Assembly: GCA_951804945.1 (NCBI GenBank)
Contig: OX638150.1
Coordinates: 41,912,001-41,976,000, forward strand
Origin: Podarcis cretensis
Lineage: Eukaryota
Length of the DNA stretch: 64,000 nt
Direction: 5' to 3'
This document shows positions 26,210 to 39,657 of this stretch, piece by piece. Within the stretch, counting starts at the first letter, position 1. Each line of letters opens with the position of its first letter. A program made the translations under genes and the position numbers. The notes below the pieces were generated by a model that made no database searches, had not been told where the DNA came from, and worked only from the letters and a program-made list of their open reading frames with translations.

Positions 26210-26720
26210 GTGGCTCAGGAATTGGTTAAGTAGCAGGAAGCAGAGAGCAGGAATAAATAGACAGTTTTCTGAATGTAGGAATCTAGAAAGTGGAGTCCCC
26301 TAAGGATCGGTTTTGGGACCGGTACTTTTCAATTTGTTCATATACATGCTAGAGTTTGGAGGGAACAGTGAGGTAGCCATGTATGCCAGTGATGCTAAAT
26401 GGTTCAAGAAGAAGAAGAAGAAGAAGAAGAAGAAGAAGAAGAAGAAGAAGAAGAAGATTTGATATCCCGCTTTATCATTACCCGAAGGAGTCTCAAGGCG
26501 GCTAACATTCTCCTTTCCCTTCCTCCCCCACAACAAACACTCTGTGAGGTGAGTGGGGCTGAGAGACTTCAAAGAAGTGTGACTAGCCCAAGGTCACCCA
26601 GCAGCTGCATGTGGAGGAGCGGAGATGCGAACCCGGTTCCCCAGATTACGAGTCTATCCCTCTTAACCACTACTCCACACTGGCTCTCTCAAGGTCATTA
26701 AACCAAAAGGAATTAGTGAA
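26210..26720 (+). mobile_element. Degraded CR1 reverse-transcriptase fragment split by the SINE
   Basis: Translates WLSSRKQRAGINRQFS..SGVP*GSVLGPVLFNLFI..EVAMYASDAKWFK|VIKPK, a decayed GVPQGSVLGP..FADD region. Confidence 0.8.
26409..26688 (-). mobile_element. tRNA-headed SINE, same family, nested in a CR1 fragment
   Basis: (GAA)n tail ~26408-26457; body matches 12207-12453; TCAAG on both flanks. Confidence 0.85.
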
Positions 26721-28368
26721 GAGTGTTAGTGTATAAGAGTTAATGCATGTGGGGGGGAGGACAAGAAAGGGTTAATTTAGGTGTGCTTGACCTGCACGTG
26801 CAGCTAGTTAAGTGTGAGTCAGCAAACTTGTGAGAGTGAGTCAGAGAGTGACTCAGCACAAAAACAAAGTATAAATACCCTTGTGCCTATAGCCACTTTG
26901 CCTGGGTCTCCACTCCTCAGATAGAACCTAATCTGTGTAGGAATGCAGCGTGTTTCTGGAAGCACATTTCATTACTTTGGCTGTAAGGACAGAGGTAGGA
27001 TTACTTGTTTATGCTACAACTGTCCGTAGCTCCTAAGCTTGCACAGCCTAGATAAACTTCCAAGAAATATCTGCCACCACGGCTGGGCCCCTTCCTCATT
27101 TCAGGTGTTAAGTACAAACCAAGTGCCTCCATTCATCCGAACTGGAAGGAAAAACCAATTAGTTGCTGGCCATAACCATATATTGCTACAATAACCTTGT
27201 AATTGACATTTCTGGGGTATTATGGAGGCTGAAAGTCATAAACTTAATGAAAGTATGTTTATTGCACTTCAGCTTCATCTCTGATTAAATCAAATTTGCA
27301 TAATGGAAAGTTATTAAATTTCCATGTTTCTAATTTCCTTTAAAAAATAATTTTAAAAAATAGCAATTCAAAGACTTTGTTTATAGAAAAGCTCGATGGT
27401 GCATAGGGGTGCTAGAGAACACACGCCTTAGCTGAAAAATGTTTTTAATAAATTGCCTCAGGTGGAGCAGGCATGTTGCATTGTTCCATCTTTGAAACGA
27501 TTCTCTCTTTCCAACAAATCGGAAAGTGTCCCTGCTCATGTCGTTAAACTGTTTCTGGGCAAGAGTGTGAAGGTGTGCAGCGCTGGAAAAGTAGTCTATC
27601 AGTGCCAGACGAGCCGTACCTCTGCTCTCCCTCGGCCTTGCCATCCTGCCACATTGGCAAAGAATTTTAAGTAGTAGGCATGTTTATTATTATTTTTTTA
27701 GAAGGGAGCATGTTTTTTCTTTTTGTTTTGTTTTTTTGCCAAAGGGTAAATTATTCCTGCTAAGGGTTGAGTTTGGAGCAGTTTTTAATCGCATATTAAG
27801 CAAAACCTTGTGGGTTGGGAGTGTGTGTGTGTGTGTAGGTGGTGAGATTGCTCCTCTTCCCAATAGAGCATTAATGTAAACTACGGTATGTTCTCTGACA
27901 CAGCAGATCATCAAGCAGCCCCTGTAGAATGAAAGGCATTCTTGTCTGTTTGGAACACAGCATTCAATAACTTTCCAGATTTCCTTGGTTCCCTTTTCTA
28001 TCCTAAGCTGGACAAAGTTGCTGAAACATTTCAGCATCAGTTAGCAAAAAAATGCCCTCATCTGAACCTGTTCTCTCCCTTCCTCCTCTGTGCAGAGCTC
28101 TCAAAGTCTAGCTATTTCTCACATCCCCTTTGCACTGGTGAGTTTGGGATGCTCAGCTAAATGTACCTCACGCAGGGACATGCCCACACCCCTCCAGGTC
28201 TCTAGAATGGAACACTTAAAGAGCTCCCACTAACAACATTCCCATTTGGCACAGAATGAAACAGATGCCCACCTCCATGCATGAGAAGAGGTGCCTTCTC
28301 CATCATGCAGGAATTGTGAATCCAAGCAATTTTCTATAAGCCCACATCATCAAAGTCTGTGTTTAATA

Positions 28369-28611
28369 CAGTGGTACCTCGGGTTAAGTACTTAATTCTT
28401 TTGCGGATGTCCGTTCTTAACCTGAAACTGTTCTTAACCTGAAGCACCACTTTAGCTAATGGGGCCTCCTGCTGCCGCCGCACCGCCGGAGCACGATTTC
28501 TGTTCTCATCCTGAAGCAAAGTTCTTAACCCGAGGTACTATTTCTGGGTTAGCAGAGTCTGTAACCTGAAGCGTATGTAACCTGAAGCGTATGTAACCCG
28601 AGGTACCACTG
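28369..28611 (+). mobile_element. Tigger/pogo-like (Tc1-mariner) MITE, copy 1
   Basis: TIR CAGTGGTACCTCGGGTTA / TAACCCGAGGTACCACTG; TA TSD. Confidence 0.9.
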
Positions 28612-30954
28612 TATATGGATGGCTCTGAAGACCTGGTACATGCACTACAAGTGATTGGTTTTTGTTTTTATAGATTCACTATTTTTATTCCCCCCCTCTC
28701 CTTCAGTAAAAGATTCCAGGGTGGCTGGATAAGATTTATTCAACCACGTGAAGAAGCCCAATCTCAAAGCCTATTAACAGTGCAAGACTATACATGCCTA
28801 CAGAGAACTTAAGTCCCACTACGTTCACTAGGACATGCTCAAATATATAAGATTTCCAGCTTAGCCACCCAACAACAAACTTCTTATTTAAGGGCCCTTG
28901 AATTCAAGGAAAAGATCTCCAGCGTCATTTAAATTCACCAGTGCATCCCAATCTAGGGTGCCAATTTTTCATTTTCATTCTCATTCGCCCACCACTCTGG
29001 GTCTCTGGATCAGAATATAACAAGCAGAGGAAGATTATGACTTTAAGATTATACTCCACTTAATGAAGTAGATATGAAATTGCAATGTACATTTGGTGTC
29101 AATGGAAAGTTTCCATCAGCCTCTAATTTGATGTACCCATTTGTTTATTTCATGCAGCTGAAAATATGAAAAGAGGCTCCAATAAAATATTCAAGTCTTG
29201 AGAGAAATATGCTTTGACTTCTAGCTTTCCGTTCTATCCTTCTTGCACCAGCTTTGCTCCTACTTGGGCGATGCCCATGTACTTACAAGAAAGGATTCAT
29301 TAGTGCTAATCCGAGTGATGGGCACATGTGGTGCATGGTGGCTAACAGGGAATCCATGCCGCTACAGAGTGCAGCTGCTCCTTTTCTACAGTGCTGTGCA
29401 AGCACTAATTTATGAGCCCTGAAGTGGCAACAGGGGCGTTTTTAAGCCAAGCCTTTTATGGCATAGATCATAGCAGGCGGGGCGTATGACAGATGTCTTC
29501 ATTAGGAAGGGCCAGAGAGCAGCCCCGGTCCTAGTCAGTTACGCATGGACATCCATGGCTGAGTGGAGGAAACAGAAGCAATAAAACTTGGGCAGAGCGG
29601 TGACTCAAATGCACAAAGAAATTCTAGGCAGAAATGGAGCAGCTTGCTGGAGGGGCAGCGATGGACTTCATCCTGCTGCTCCAGATTCTTCACTTTAAAA
29701 AGGGAGGAGTCAGCAATGAAACAGAGAATTAAAGGCAGCTTTCTCAAGATGCACGTGCTGCAACGGTAAAGGAAGACAGAATAATCAAAGGAAGAAAGGA
29801 CCTCCCAACTGGATCATAGACCTCCACCTTCTGGCAAAGGACTTCTGGACCTTTCATTGGCAGGCAAAGACCAACCAACAGTCTCAATAGTTACATCTCT
29901 GGCCACCATTTCAATGAGAAGAATACCTGTGTAAAGTTTTTAGTATTGACATGACATAATGAACAAAATGGGTAAGGACAAAATTGCCACTTTGTTGTTC
30001 TCTCCCATCCCCCCCACCCCCAGGTTCTTCCATAATATAAAAGCAATTATTTAATTTCAAATGGCATGACCCTATGAAATGTTTAAAAATGCAAATAAAT
30101 ATGGCCCAAAGGACATTGGGCATTGATTGGGAGAGTGTCTCAGAACAGGAGAAAGGTGGTAGCATCTTCTGAACCCTGCCATCCCTCTGCCTGAGTGTCC
30201 TTGTTTTTTCTAGTCAAATGATATACCTCTGTTCATTCAACACAGATGCTTGCCGAAAGCCTTGTATGAGCTGCAAAGCAAGGCTGAGCACAAAGCCCCC
30301 CCCCCTTCTTCTTGAACGTGCACTGCTGACATATGGATAGCTTTTGCTTGTATCCCCAGTGGTTCACACAGTGGCTGGTTCCTCCTCGGCTGCCCCAGCC
30401 CTAGTATTTATCCAACTCACTGGACAGTCAGATTGTCATTCCCAGCAGGCAAGCTGTTAAGAATCACAAATTTTAGCCTTGCCATGTAAATAGCAAGGGA
30501 CAAGACACCTGGCGCTTCCCAAATTGCTTGGCACAGGCAGAGAAGACGGAAACAGCAGACAAGGAGGTTTGCTCAAATTTCTACATATGAGCTCAGATCA
30601 ATGGCAAGTCATGAATGAACAGCTGCAAGTGGAGGAAATGAAACAGTGGCACTCTGCATACAGAGAGCATCCATGAGAGAAATACACAATATCCAGCAGC
30701 TGAAAAGGATGGGAATTTAGGCTGAACCTAAGAGACAGATACATAGTCACAGAACAATCAACACAGGGGGGAAATTCAGTCGCCATGGCTGTTCCCCACA
30801 TGCAGCCCCCATAACTATGTGCATGGTTCTGAATCCTAGACATAACGTGCAAACATGGCAGCAGTCTTCTGGCTGGTGTGATCACTAGTCTGGGGAGGAA
30901 CAGAATTCAACCAAATCCCTACAAATTCCCTATTCATGAACAGAAGATCGGTAT

Positions 30955-31094
30955 AGCCTGGATAGCTCAGTTGGTTAGAGCATGCTGCTGATAATGCCAA
31001 GGTTGCAGGTTTGATCCCCATATGGGGCAGCAACATATTCCTGCATTGCAGGGGGTTGGACAAGATGATCCTCGGGATCATCTATGACTCTATG
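30955..31094 (+). mobile_element. Short tRNA-head + CR1-tail SINE
   Basis: TAGCTCAGTTGGTTAGAGC A box and GGTTTGATCCC B box, then CCTGCATTGCAGGGGGTTGGAC..CTATGACTCTATG resembling the CR1 3' end at 22849-22925. Confidence 0.8.
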
Positions 31095-32514
31095 TCAAAG
31101 CTATGTTTTATTTGACGCCAATGGGGGATTTCCCCTCAAAGGAAATGAAAGGGGACTGCAGCAGCTGTGTTGGTGCTGGAAAAAGAGACAAAAGCAGGGT
31201 GATTCAGGCTACTTCCCTCCCTTCCCGTGCTGTGAAGCCTGATGTCTATAAAGCACTCCCGAGTCAGATCTGTATTCCCACAAAGACCTCCTGTTGCTCT
31301 GTCGCTTTGCATTTCCATATCTTATAGCTCAATGCTTTCCTGAACTGGCCTGAGTGTGGAGATTACCATTACCAGTCCAAGTTGGTTTGGATTCCTGCCA
31401 TGATATCTTGCCAAGAAGTGCAGACCCAAACTCTGGCAGCTGATTGCTGTGTGTGCGAGTATCATCAGCGCTTGGGTGTTTGGGTCCCTTATGGCTGCAT
31501 ACAAGAAGGATACTATTTCCCCTACCTCTGTGGCTACTACTGCACTCTTAGGATTCTACCCCTTTAATCAGCAGTGCCAAGCAAGCTTAATGTGCTTTCT
31601 GAGATAAAGCACATTAAGGTTATTTATTGCCAATAAAGCAATACACACACGTATAAATTAAAGGCTGCCTGCGCCTTGCTACCTTCCAATCATATCTGCG
31701 AGAGGCGCTCTGTGACCTGTTGTGATTTATGCACTCAGAGAATAGGCTGGCCAATAACCAAGAGGCAAATGGTGTCATGGCCATGATAGCTAAAATGGAA
31801 ACACCACATTCAGCTGATGACCAATGTTGGGAACATACAAGAGAGGGCATCTCACACCCTGCTTGTGAGCTTTTATAGACTGACTTCTGTTTAGGGGGAA
31901 ATGCTAGACTTTGGTGTGATCCAAAAGGTAATTCTTATGCCTTTCAACCCCATTCCTCCTGGGTACCACTGTTCTATCATTACCACTGCCACAACGACTG
32001 TCTCCTTCCCAAGTGACTGCTTCTAGAGATTTAAGGGTATGTCTGATGGGCAACCATTCCTATGGACAGCATCTTTTTGCGATCTCATGCTTTACATGTT
32101 GGGCACAGAAACATCCTCCAGTGTTGTGTAGGATATAGGAAGGTACTGAAAACACTGGGCAATAGCGATTCAAATCTAGACAACAGAAAGATACACCTCA
32201 ACATAATGAAATTTGTGAAACAATCCAGCCTCATTCAGCCGCTCTACTTCTGCAGGCAGAATAAGCAATGTACTATATTAAGCAGAATCAAGCCTGTTAA
32301 TCTTAATGGATTTTCCCACTTATGGAATCCAATCCTCATTGAAATTGCCAATACATTTGCCCTGGGCTTTCAACACCTGACGTGAGAGAACTCTCTCAGG
32401 AGTCTGTGTTATGTAGGCTGCTATGTGGGACCTGGGTTGGTAGCTGATCCTATTTTCCACAAGGAGGTTGGGCTAAAAAGCCTTTTGCTCCCACCCCCAC
32501 CCCCAATCTCTACA

Positions 32515-32715
32515 TACGGCAGCTGTGAAAAAGGCAAATCCCATGCTAGGGATCATTAGGAAAGGAATGGGAAATAAAACTGCCAATATCGTAATGGCAT
32601 TATACAAATATTTGGTGCAGCCGCATTTGGAATACTCTGCAAAGGTCTGGTCACCTTCATCTAATGAAGCTGAATGTTGAAAGATTCAGGGCAGATAAAA
32701 GGAAGTAGTTCAAAG
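32515..32715 (+). mobile_element. Degraded CR1 ORF2 fragment
   Basis: AAVKKANPMLGIIRKGMGNKTANIVMALYKYLVQPHLEY, homologous to AAAKKANAILGCINRS..LYSALVRPHLEY of the 22-kb copy. Confidence 0.8.
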
Positions 32716-33181
32716 GGCACAGTGGATTCTGGTTGACTTCTGAGCACGATTTGCTGGTGCTTAGTTGAAACTTTGAACAGCTTTGGACCTGAAGAACCAT
32801 CTACTCACCTATCAGCCTGACTTGCATCAATATCAAGGTTCTCCCTACCATCTAAAATTAGGTGTGCAGTGATTGGGGAAAGGAATTTATCAGATGGGGC
32901 ATCCTGTTTATTTGCTTCTTTCCCCAGGATCTGGCACCTATGTATTCATTCCCCTGGTCTTAAAACTTGAAGTATCATAGATTGTTGTTTTTTTTATTCT
33001 GCTCTTCTATTGATTGTCATCATGTATTTATTGTTTTATATCTCCTTTCAAAGGGTGATCTACAATTCATTAAATGCATTTTGCCCTCCTCCTCCAAACA
33101 TTTTCCCTTTTTCGTTGCATAATTTAGATAGTAAGCCAGAGGGCAAGGATCACTGGGAGCCACTCTGGGAGCTTTGCTTCT

Positions 33182-33217
<36 letters not shown>

Positions 33218-34062
33218 TTCTTTTGAAGAGCAGGCTAAAAATACTTTAAATAAATAGAATGTAAAACAACCCATTGGAACTGAATTGTTGTGCTGCACAC
33301 CTTTCAGAGTCATACTAATGCAAGCCAATAGAAAAATTACTCTTCCACATTCTATTCAATGGTATAATAACAAGGTTTCTTGGCTGTAGTGATTTTCAAA
33401 ACCCCATATTTTAAAGAGGCAACCACCCTAGCCCTGAAACTTTCCTTGTTTTAGATTTTAGCTCTAGAACCAGATCAGTCAACAAGGGTAAAATAAAAAG
33501 CTTTTTGCAGTCTCCCTAAACAGATATCCCTGGGTTTGTTTTTTTTAAGAGGCTATGATCATTTCCACAAAATTAATAAATATATCCGGTCATTAGTGAT
33601 CTGCCAAGGGAAGGCAGTTGTGGAGGGATGCAGTGGCTAAAGAGGTTTGTCTCAATGAACATCCACCTACGTCCAAAACTGAGGAATCCATTCTGCGCAA
33701 TCTAAGGTCAAAGGCTCCCATCAGCCCCTTTACTATGGGAAATTGATAGACGCAAAGGCAACTGCCTTGTCTCAGGTCAGGCCAGTTGTCCATCTAGCCC
33801 AGCATTTTCTGCAGGCAGAGGACTTTGTTACAATCTGATTCTAAAAGAGAACTGTGCCAGGGTTTGGAATGGAGAAGGATCTTTGTGCATACATGCACGC
33901 ACCTAGGATGCTGAGCAGAAGAGAAGGACATCTTCAACATTTCAGAGAAAAGCTCTATTCTGAGGTACTTATCTTCATCAGGTTCTTCCATTAGTACCAA
34001 CAGGACACACAGCAGTAGCCTGAGTAATCAATGCCCCCTTTCCCTAAACAGCAGCAGCTGTA

Positions 34063-34279
34063 CAGTGGTACCTCGGGTTAAGAACTTAATTCGTTCTGGA
34101 GGTCTGTTCTTAACCTGAAGCACCACTTTAGCTAATGGGGCCTCCTGCTGCCGCCGCCATGTGATTTCTGTTCTCATCCTGAAGCAAAGTTCTTAACCCG
34201 AGGTACTATTTCTGGGTTAGCGGAGTCTGAAACCTGAAGCGTCTGTAACCTGAAGCATCTGTAACCTGAGGTACCACTG
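34063..34279 (+). mobile_element. Tigger-like MITE, copy 2
   Basis: Same TIRs and TA TSD. Confidence 0.9.
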
Positions 34280-36103
34280 TACTGGGAAAAGGAGACACTT
34301 TCTGGATCGCAAAGAAAGAGTTGCTTATTCTAGGTTATTATATCTGCAGGGAAAGAGGAACTCAGTAATGAAAAGCACAAAGCAGACCTCACCAAACCAC
34401 TGCTCTGGACACAAAGCAAAGAGGAGTAACTTGGGAAACATAAAAGCTTGGTGAAAACCTTCCCTTCCCCTGCACTGCTTTCACCCAACATTGCCATTCC
34501 TCTATACTAGTCTGCATCCGCCCTCTAGTGGCCAAGCCTGAAATGGGCTCGAGAGGATAAGAACACCGATGCTTGCTTAGGAACCCTGTTGCCAATAAAG
34601 GACCAGTTATGTTGTTGTTCCTGTTGCTGTTTAATATATACTGCTTATATGTCAAATTGCTTCTCAGTGTTTACAACTTAACATCAATCCATAAGGACAC
34701 TACAAAAAAGCCATGCACAATAAAAGCTGCCTTCTACGAGACATACCAGAAAACCCATTGATCTCCTTCCATAGGTCATGGAATCAACCCCCTGCAATGC
34801 AGGAATCTTTTGCCCAATGTGGTCCAGAGAGTGCAGTTCAGGAGGCAGACTCCCAATGCACCTCTGTGATTCAACAAAGTTCCTTTCAGCTCTCTTTGTC
34901 ACCAGCAGCTACTGGTTATGATAGCTGTACACTGCCTCCAGGGGAAAAAACCAGCATGCTTAAAAATACTAGTCACTGGGGAATGAAGGTGGGAGAGAAT
35001 TACCGGTACTGCCCTCTTGTGCTGCTTGCTGGCTTCTCATACCACCGTGGGAAACAAGGAGGCTGGGCTAGCATCGCCTTTGGTCTGATCCAGCGGCCAG
35101 GCTCTTCCAGTATTCAGCATGCATACACATCCAAGGCCACAAAGTGTGGCAGGCAATCTGCCACGCATTTGCTTGGTGATTTTTCTTTTTCTTTTGCAGT
35201 ATTCTGGAAGAGCTGTCTTATCAGCTGCTGTACAATGCAGGCAACTGATAAGTGGATGCTAAGCTGAAATCTTCACCATATAACTAAATGTTTCTTGAAA
35301 ACTGAAACAGAAAAATGACATGTTTTTACACATTACACACACACCACATTACAAAATATGGTGATGAAAAGAATTAAAAGAAAGCCAAAAGTTGCAAAAT
35401 GCAAATATTAATGAGCCAAGAAGATCATACTGTGTCTGAATGTCCTGGCTTTCCTCATCAGGCTTTAAGGTTTTTAGTTTAGTCTCAGAGAAACAGCATC
35501 GCTCTCGGTCAGTCCACGCACGCCTGGACTTTCTTTGTACCACTTTCACAGGCTTAGCTGGGGCCTGTAAGAAAGCTGGCTTCCCTTTGATGTCAGAGCA
35601 CTGGGGCTCAGGTCACCTGCGAGACTCTGCTTGGCTTGGCTCAGCACCATCCTTTGTAGCTTTTGGCCCAGGTGACTACAGAATGCCAGCACTCTCAAAA
35701 CTGCATTTGTGGGTGTGCACTGTCAAGTCTTTCCCTGAATTGGCTCTTTGTGAAGGCATCAAAGAGGAAGATTTTCTTATCCACTAGTGTTCTATAATGC
35801 AAACAATCTTCTGATATCAGTTCGCTTGAAAGTCAGGCATGCAGTCATTTTAGACAATTCCAATTATTTTAGAAAGCACAATTCAGAGTACTGAAAAGCA
35901 TAAAAGATCACTCAGCTGTTACAGAAAAGAAGAGAATCACTTTTAAACTAGAAAGTTCCTTATAAAGTTGAATTTTGTTACAGAATTTTGTCTCTGCCTT
36001 GCATTATTTACACATATAATGCCTTGTACAGAATTTTTCTCAGTTTGGCATGAATTAGCATGCTAGCGTTTTGGTTCTGCAAAACAAATCCCACTGTTCT
36101 CTT

Positions 36104-36235
36104 TACAGATAGGTAGCTGTGTTGGTCTGCCATAGTCAAAACAAAATAAAAAAATTCCTTCCAGTAGCACCTTAAAGACCAACTAAGTTAGTTCTTGGTA
36201 TGAGCTTTCGTGTGCATGCACACTTCTTCAGATAC
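36104..36235 (-). mobile_element. Penelope-like element terminal fragment
   Basis: Contains a minimal hammerhead motif typical of PLE repeats; flanked by duplicated CCCACTGTTC(TCT) at ~36091-36103 and 36235-36256. Confidence 0.75.
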
Positions 36236-36236
36236 C
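36197..36236 (-). ncRNA. Minimal type I hammerhead ribozyme motif
   Basis: Minus strand GGUAU-CUGAAGA-A-GUGUG(CAUG)CACAC-GAAA-GC-UC-AUACC: stem I GGUAU/AUACC, intact CUGANGA and GAAA core, stem II, palindromic AGCU as vestigial stem III. Confidence 0.8.
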
Positions 36237-36875
36237 CACTGTTCCCACTGTTCTCTGTGAGCCTGGTGTTACCAAACAGTCTGAGGAGTTATTTCATGTG
36301 AGACCACTAATAATACCTTTAGCCCAGCTCCTGATTTAAACCGAGTTTGCAACTCTTAACTAAATTTCCGCTGTTGTATATTCAGCAAGAGTGCTTTAAG
36401 TACCTTGTAGAATATGGCCCACTGGCTAATAAAATCAGATAGAAGTTTGTCTCATATCTTGCGTTTTCAGTAATATCCTCTCCATTATCAAGGCTGTTTT
36501 GGTCCAAAGGACATCACCCTTCCAAATTAAGTACTATGAAATGCTGCATTGTGTGGCTCTTCATTTCAGAAATGCTTTTCCAAAGGTTTCTACATATTGG
36601 GTCACAGACTCCTTACAATTTCATGCATACTTTCCTCTGAAACAGATCTTAACAATTTACAACATGCTTATGCTTGAGCAGATTCTCTAGCCTTTGTAAT
36701 GTAAAACTATGGAGCAAATATGTTTCTGCCTGGAGCATTTATCATGTGACTGTGCCCAACAGTCTGTATGTGTCTACTCGGAGGAAAGCTCCACTGGCTT
36801 CAATGGAGCTTACTCCCAGGTAAGTGTGCATGGAATTCAAGTTTTATATGTGCACACTCAAGTCTTCAGTGGCAA

Positions 36876-36951
36876 CTCCTCCTCCTCCTCCTCCTCCTCC
36901 TCCTCCTCTTCTTCTTCTTCTTCTTCTTCTTCTTCTTCTTCTTCTTCTTCT
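36876..36951. repeat. Compound (TCC)n(TTC)n microsatellite
   Basis: Seen directly; explains the poly-Ser and poly-Leu/Phe ORFs. Confidence 0.95.
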
Positions 36952-37057
36952 TGTGATTCTATGTTTCAGAGGATAGTAAGAGAGGGAGTGCCTGATTTGC
37001 CCCTAGATTATCACCTCCTCTTTATTCATACATCATGTGTCAAGCTACCCTATAAAT

Positions 37058-37233
37058 CAGGCATGTCCAAAGTCTGTTTCGGGCGCCTAATCCTGTTCGA
37101 TTTAATCTGGCCCACGTGGCAGTATATGTCCTGGGGGGAAATTGTAAAAAAAAAGCTCAACAACTTTGGTTGGCCCTCACACATGTTCACGTCATCAAAT
37201 CTGGCCCTCTTTGAAAAACTTTGGGCACCCCTG
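37058..37233. mobile_element. hAT MITE
   Basis: CAGGCATGTCCAAAGT / ACTTTGGGCACCCCTG imperfect TIRs; perfect 8-bp TSD CTATAAAT (37050-37057 / 37234-37241). Confidence 0.85.
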
Positions 37234-38843
37234 CTATAAATCAAACAATTCCCTTGTTGCCTTTTGCCTGCCATTCATCCCCCTTTCCTCTTGCCTCCTT
37301 CATTAATGGGATCCAGGCCCAATGTGGCCCCCTCCTTGCCTGTTGTCCAGAGAGTCAAGATCATGGGCATAGCATTATAGCAGCATCCCACAGATACGGT
37401 AGGCAAAGCAAGCTCTGCTGGAATGGCAGGGGAGGTTGGGGTAGTAGCAGTGCCCAGCTGGTTGAACTATTCTTAGCTAACCATCTCTTCCTCAAACCAG
37501 ATCTATGCCTCTGTGCAGAAATAGCCATGCACTGCCCCCTGAATTGCATGAATTTGTTACTGAAAGGTGTCTGATGACAGTTTGATTCAGCTCAGAATTC
37601 ACTTGCTCTTGTGACTGTGGTGGGTCCCCCCCCCCTTTCCTTTGGTCAGTTTTACCGCAGTGGAGATGTGGGACTGAAGCTGCCTATATTGCAGAACATA
37701 GATACAAAGTGAAGAGGGAATGTGATCTCAGTCACAGAAGAGACATGATGGAGGGGATACTGAACAGTCCCAGCCCAGCCATTAGGCAAGCTGAGGCTGC
37801 ATCCTCAGGCAGCAGAAGTCTCTGAGACAGCACCCCGTGGGTGCCCCCACCTGCCCTGCCACCTTCACCAGTGGCAGAGAAGCAGCACCAGCATCAAAGC
37901 CAATATTGGGTGAGATCGTGTCCATTTTGGGTGAGATCTCACCCCAAAAAGGCTCGATCTTGCCTGAAACCAGCACCAATGGTGTGGCAGCATTTCTCTG
38001 CCAGCAGACTGTGCTCCACCAATGAGTACTGTCCCATGAGGAAGAATACCAGATATAATAAAAGCTCAGAGAAAGCTACCATATAAATAAACTGTGGGGA
38101 AACTTTGGCACACCAGGTGTTGCTAAGCCATTGGTCATACGTTTTGGGGCCGATGGAAGTTGTACTTGTTTATTCATAAAATATTTATATACCACTATGG
38201 GGGGGGGATCAGTGTGTTTTACAACAATAGTATATAAAACCATATGGTAGAAACCATATAAAGTTAAAGTCAGAATTCAGATAACTATTGTAAAGATGTA
38301 TTCTTAATTGCCTGCATAGGCCTGATAGAATAGAACTCTTTTTTCTTTCCTTTTCAGGACTGTGCCAAGACATTTTGCTAGCTGAAGAACATGGTTCTTC
38401 TCCCACTTTTCCAGGCACAGAAGCTGACGGAACTGGCATCTTATTGCAATACTAGCAGCAGAGGTTTCCTCCACCTTACCTGAGGACAGTGGGCACATGG
38501 GACAGGACACACATCGCTCTGCCCTCCAATAGAAGGGTCCAACTGAGGAATTCAGAGAGGAAGTTTGGGAGAACAGCCAGAAAACAGCAGCTGCCTGAGG
38601 CAATAGTCTGCTTAATGGTAGGGTTAGCCTGTTTGTTTGTTTGTTTGTTTGTTTGTTTGCTGCTTTTTTTAATGTGGTGAGAAAAGTAAAGGCAACCAGC
38701 TATCTTAAACATGCTTTTAAACTGCTTTTAATCCAGCTTCTACAGTTCTCTGTTGCTCTTGCTGTACTGTTTACATGATTGTTACTTTATTTTTTAAAAT
38801 CTCACGTAAGCCACTCTAAATTAATTTAGGAAACAAACAAACA

Positions 38844-39006
38844 TACTGTATTTATAAGACGCCTCCATGTATAAGACGCCCCCTATTTTTGGGGACTCCA
38901 AATTAAGAAAACACCCCTCAGCACTACCCGTGTATAAGACGAGCCCCAATTTTAAACCTATCTTTTGGTTTAAAAACCTAGTCTTCTACACGGATAAAAC
39001 ACAGTA
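38844..39006. mobile_element. Tc2/pogo-like MITE remnant
   Basis: TACTGTATTT..(TATAAGACG x3)..AAAACACAGTA; a related right end (..TATAGGGCGAAAAATACGGTA) lies at ~45840-45886. Confidence 0.55.
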
Positions 39007-39442
39007 CCTGGTGGGACTCGGCCATAGCTCCTTCCTGCTCCTTCCTACATACTGCAAATGGATTGAGAAGGTGACATCACCGATAAGGCTGTCTGTAAAT
39101 TCCTTCAGATCCGGTCTAACAGATGGTTGCATCATCAGTTGAGGGAAGCAGCATCTGGACCTATTCTCCACAACAGATCATCACTATGACAGTCTCTGAA
39201 GGGAGCATTATCACAGCATCGATCATCTGTTCACCAAGTTTTGTGAGCTAAACTGCTGTACACAGTCTCATTACCAAGTTTCTGCGCTGTGGTGCTGCAT
39301 GTGGCCTTCCTTAGCACATAGTTAAACAGCCAGTTAAAACATTACAGAAGATAGCAATAGTCTTTCAGTAATAAATATGGTACTAATGTTCTGTGTCAGG
39401 GTCACCCACAGAACCTCCTGTGGTACCTACAATCTCAGTATA

Positions 39443-39657
39443 CAGTGGTACCTCAGGTTAAGATCTTAATTCATTCCGGAGGTCCATTCTTAACCTGAAA
39501 CTGTTCTTAACCTGAGGTACCATTTTAGCTAATGGGGCCTCCCGTTGCCGCCACGCAATTTCTGTTCTCAACCTGAAGCAAAGTTCTTAACCTGAGGTAC
39601 TATTTCTGGGTTAGCGGAGTCTGTAACCTGAAGCATCTGTAACCCAAGGTACCACTG
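39443..39657 (+). mobile_element. Tigger-like MITE, copy 3
   Basis: Same TIRs and TA TSD. Confidence 0.9.

Noticed and set aside
28369-28611. Reiterated AACCTGAAGC units as a CRISPR-like array
   Set aside because: Internal repeats of a TIR/TA-TSD MITE in a vertebrate genome; no regular unique spacers.
30955-31030. Apparent tRNA-Ile(GAT) gene
   Set aside because: Stems are broken and it runs directly into a CR1-type tail, so it is a SINE head.
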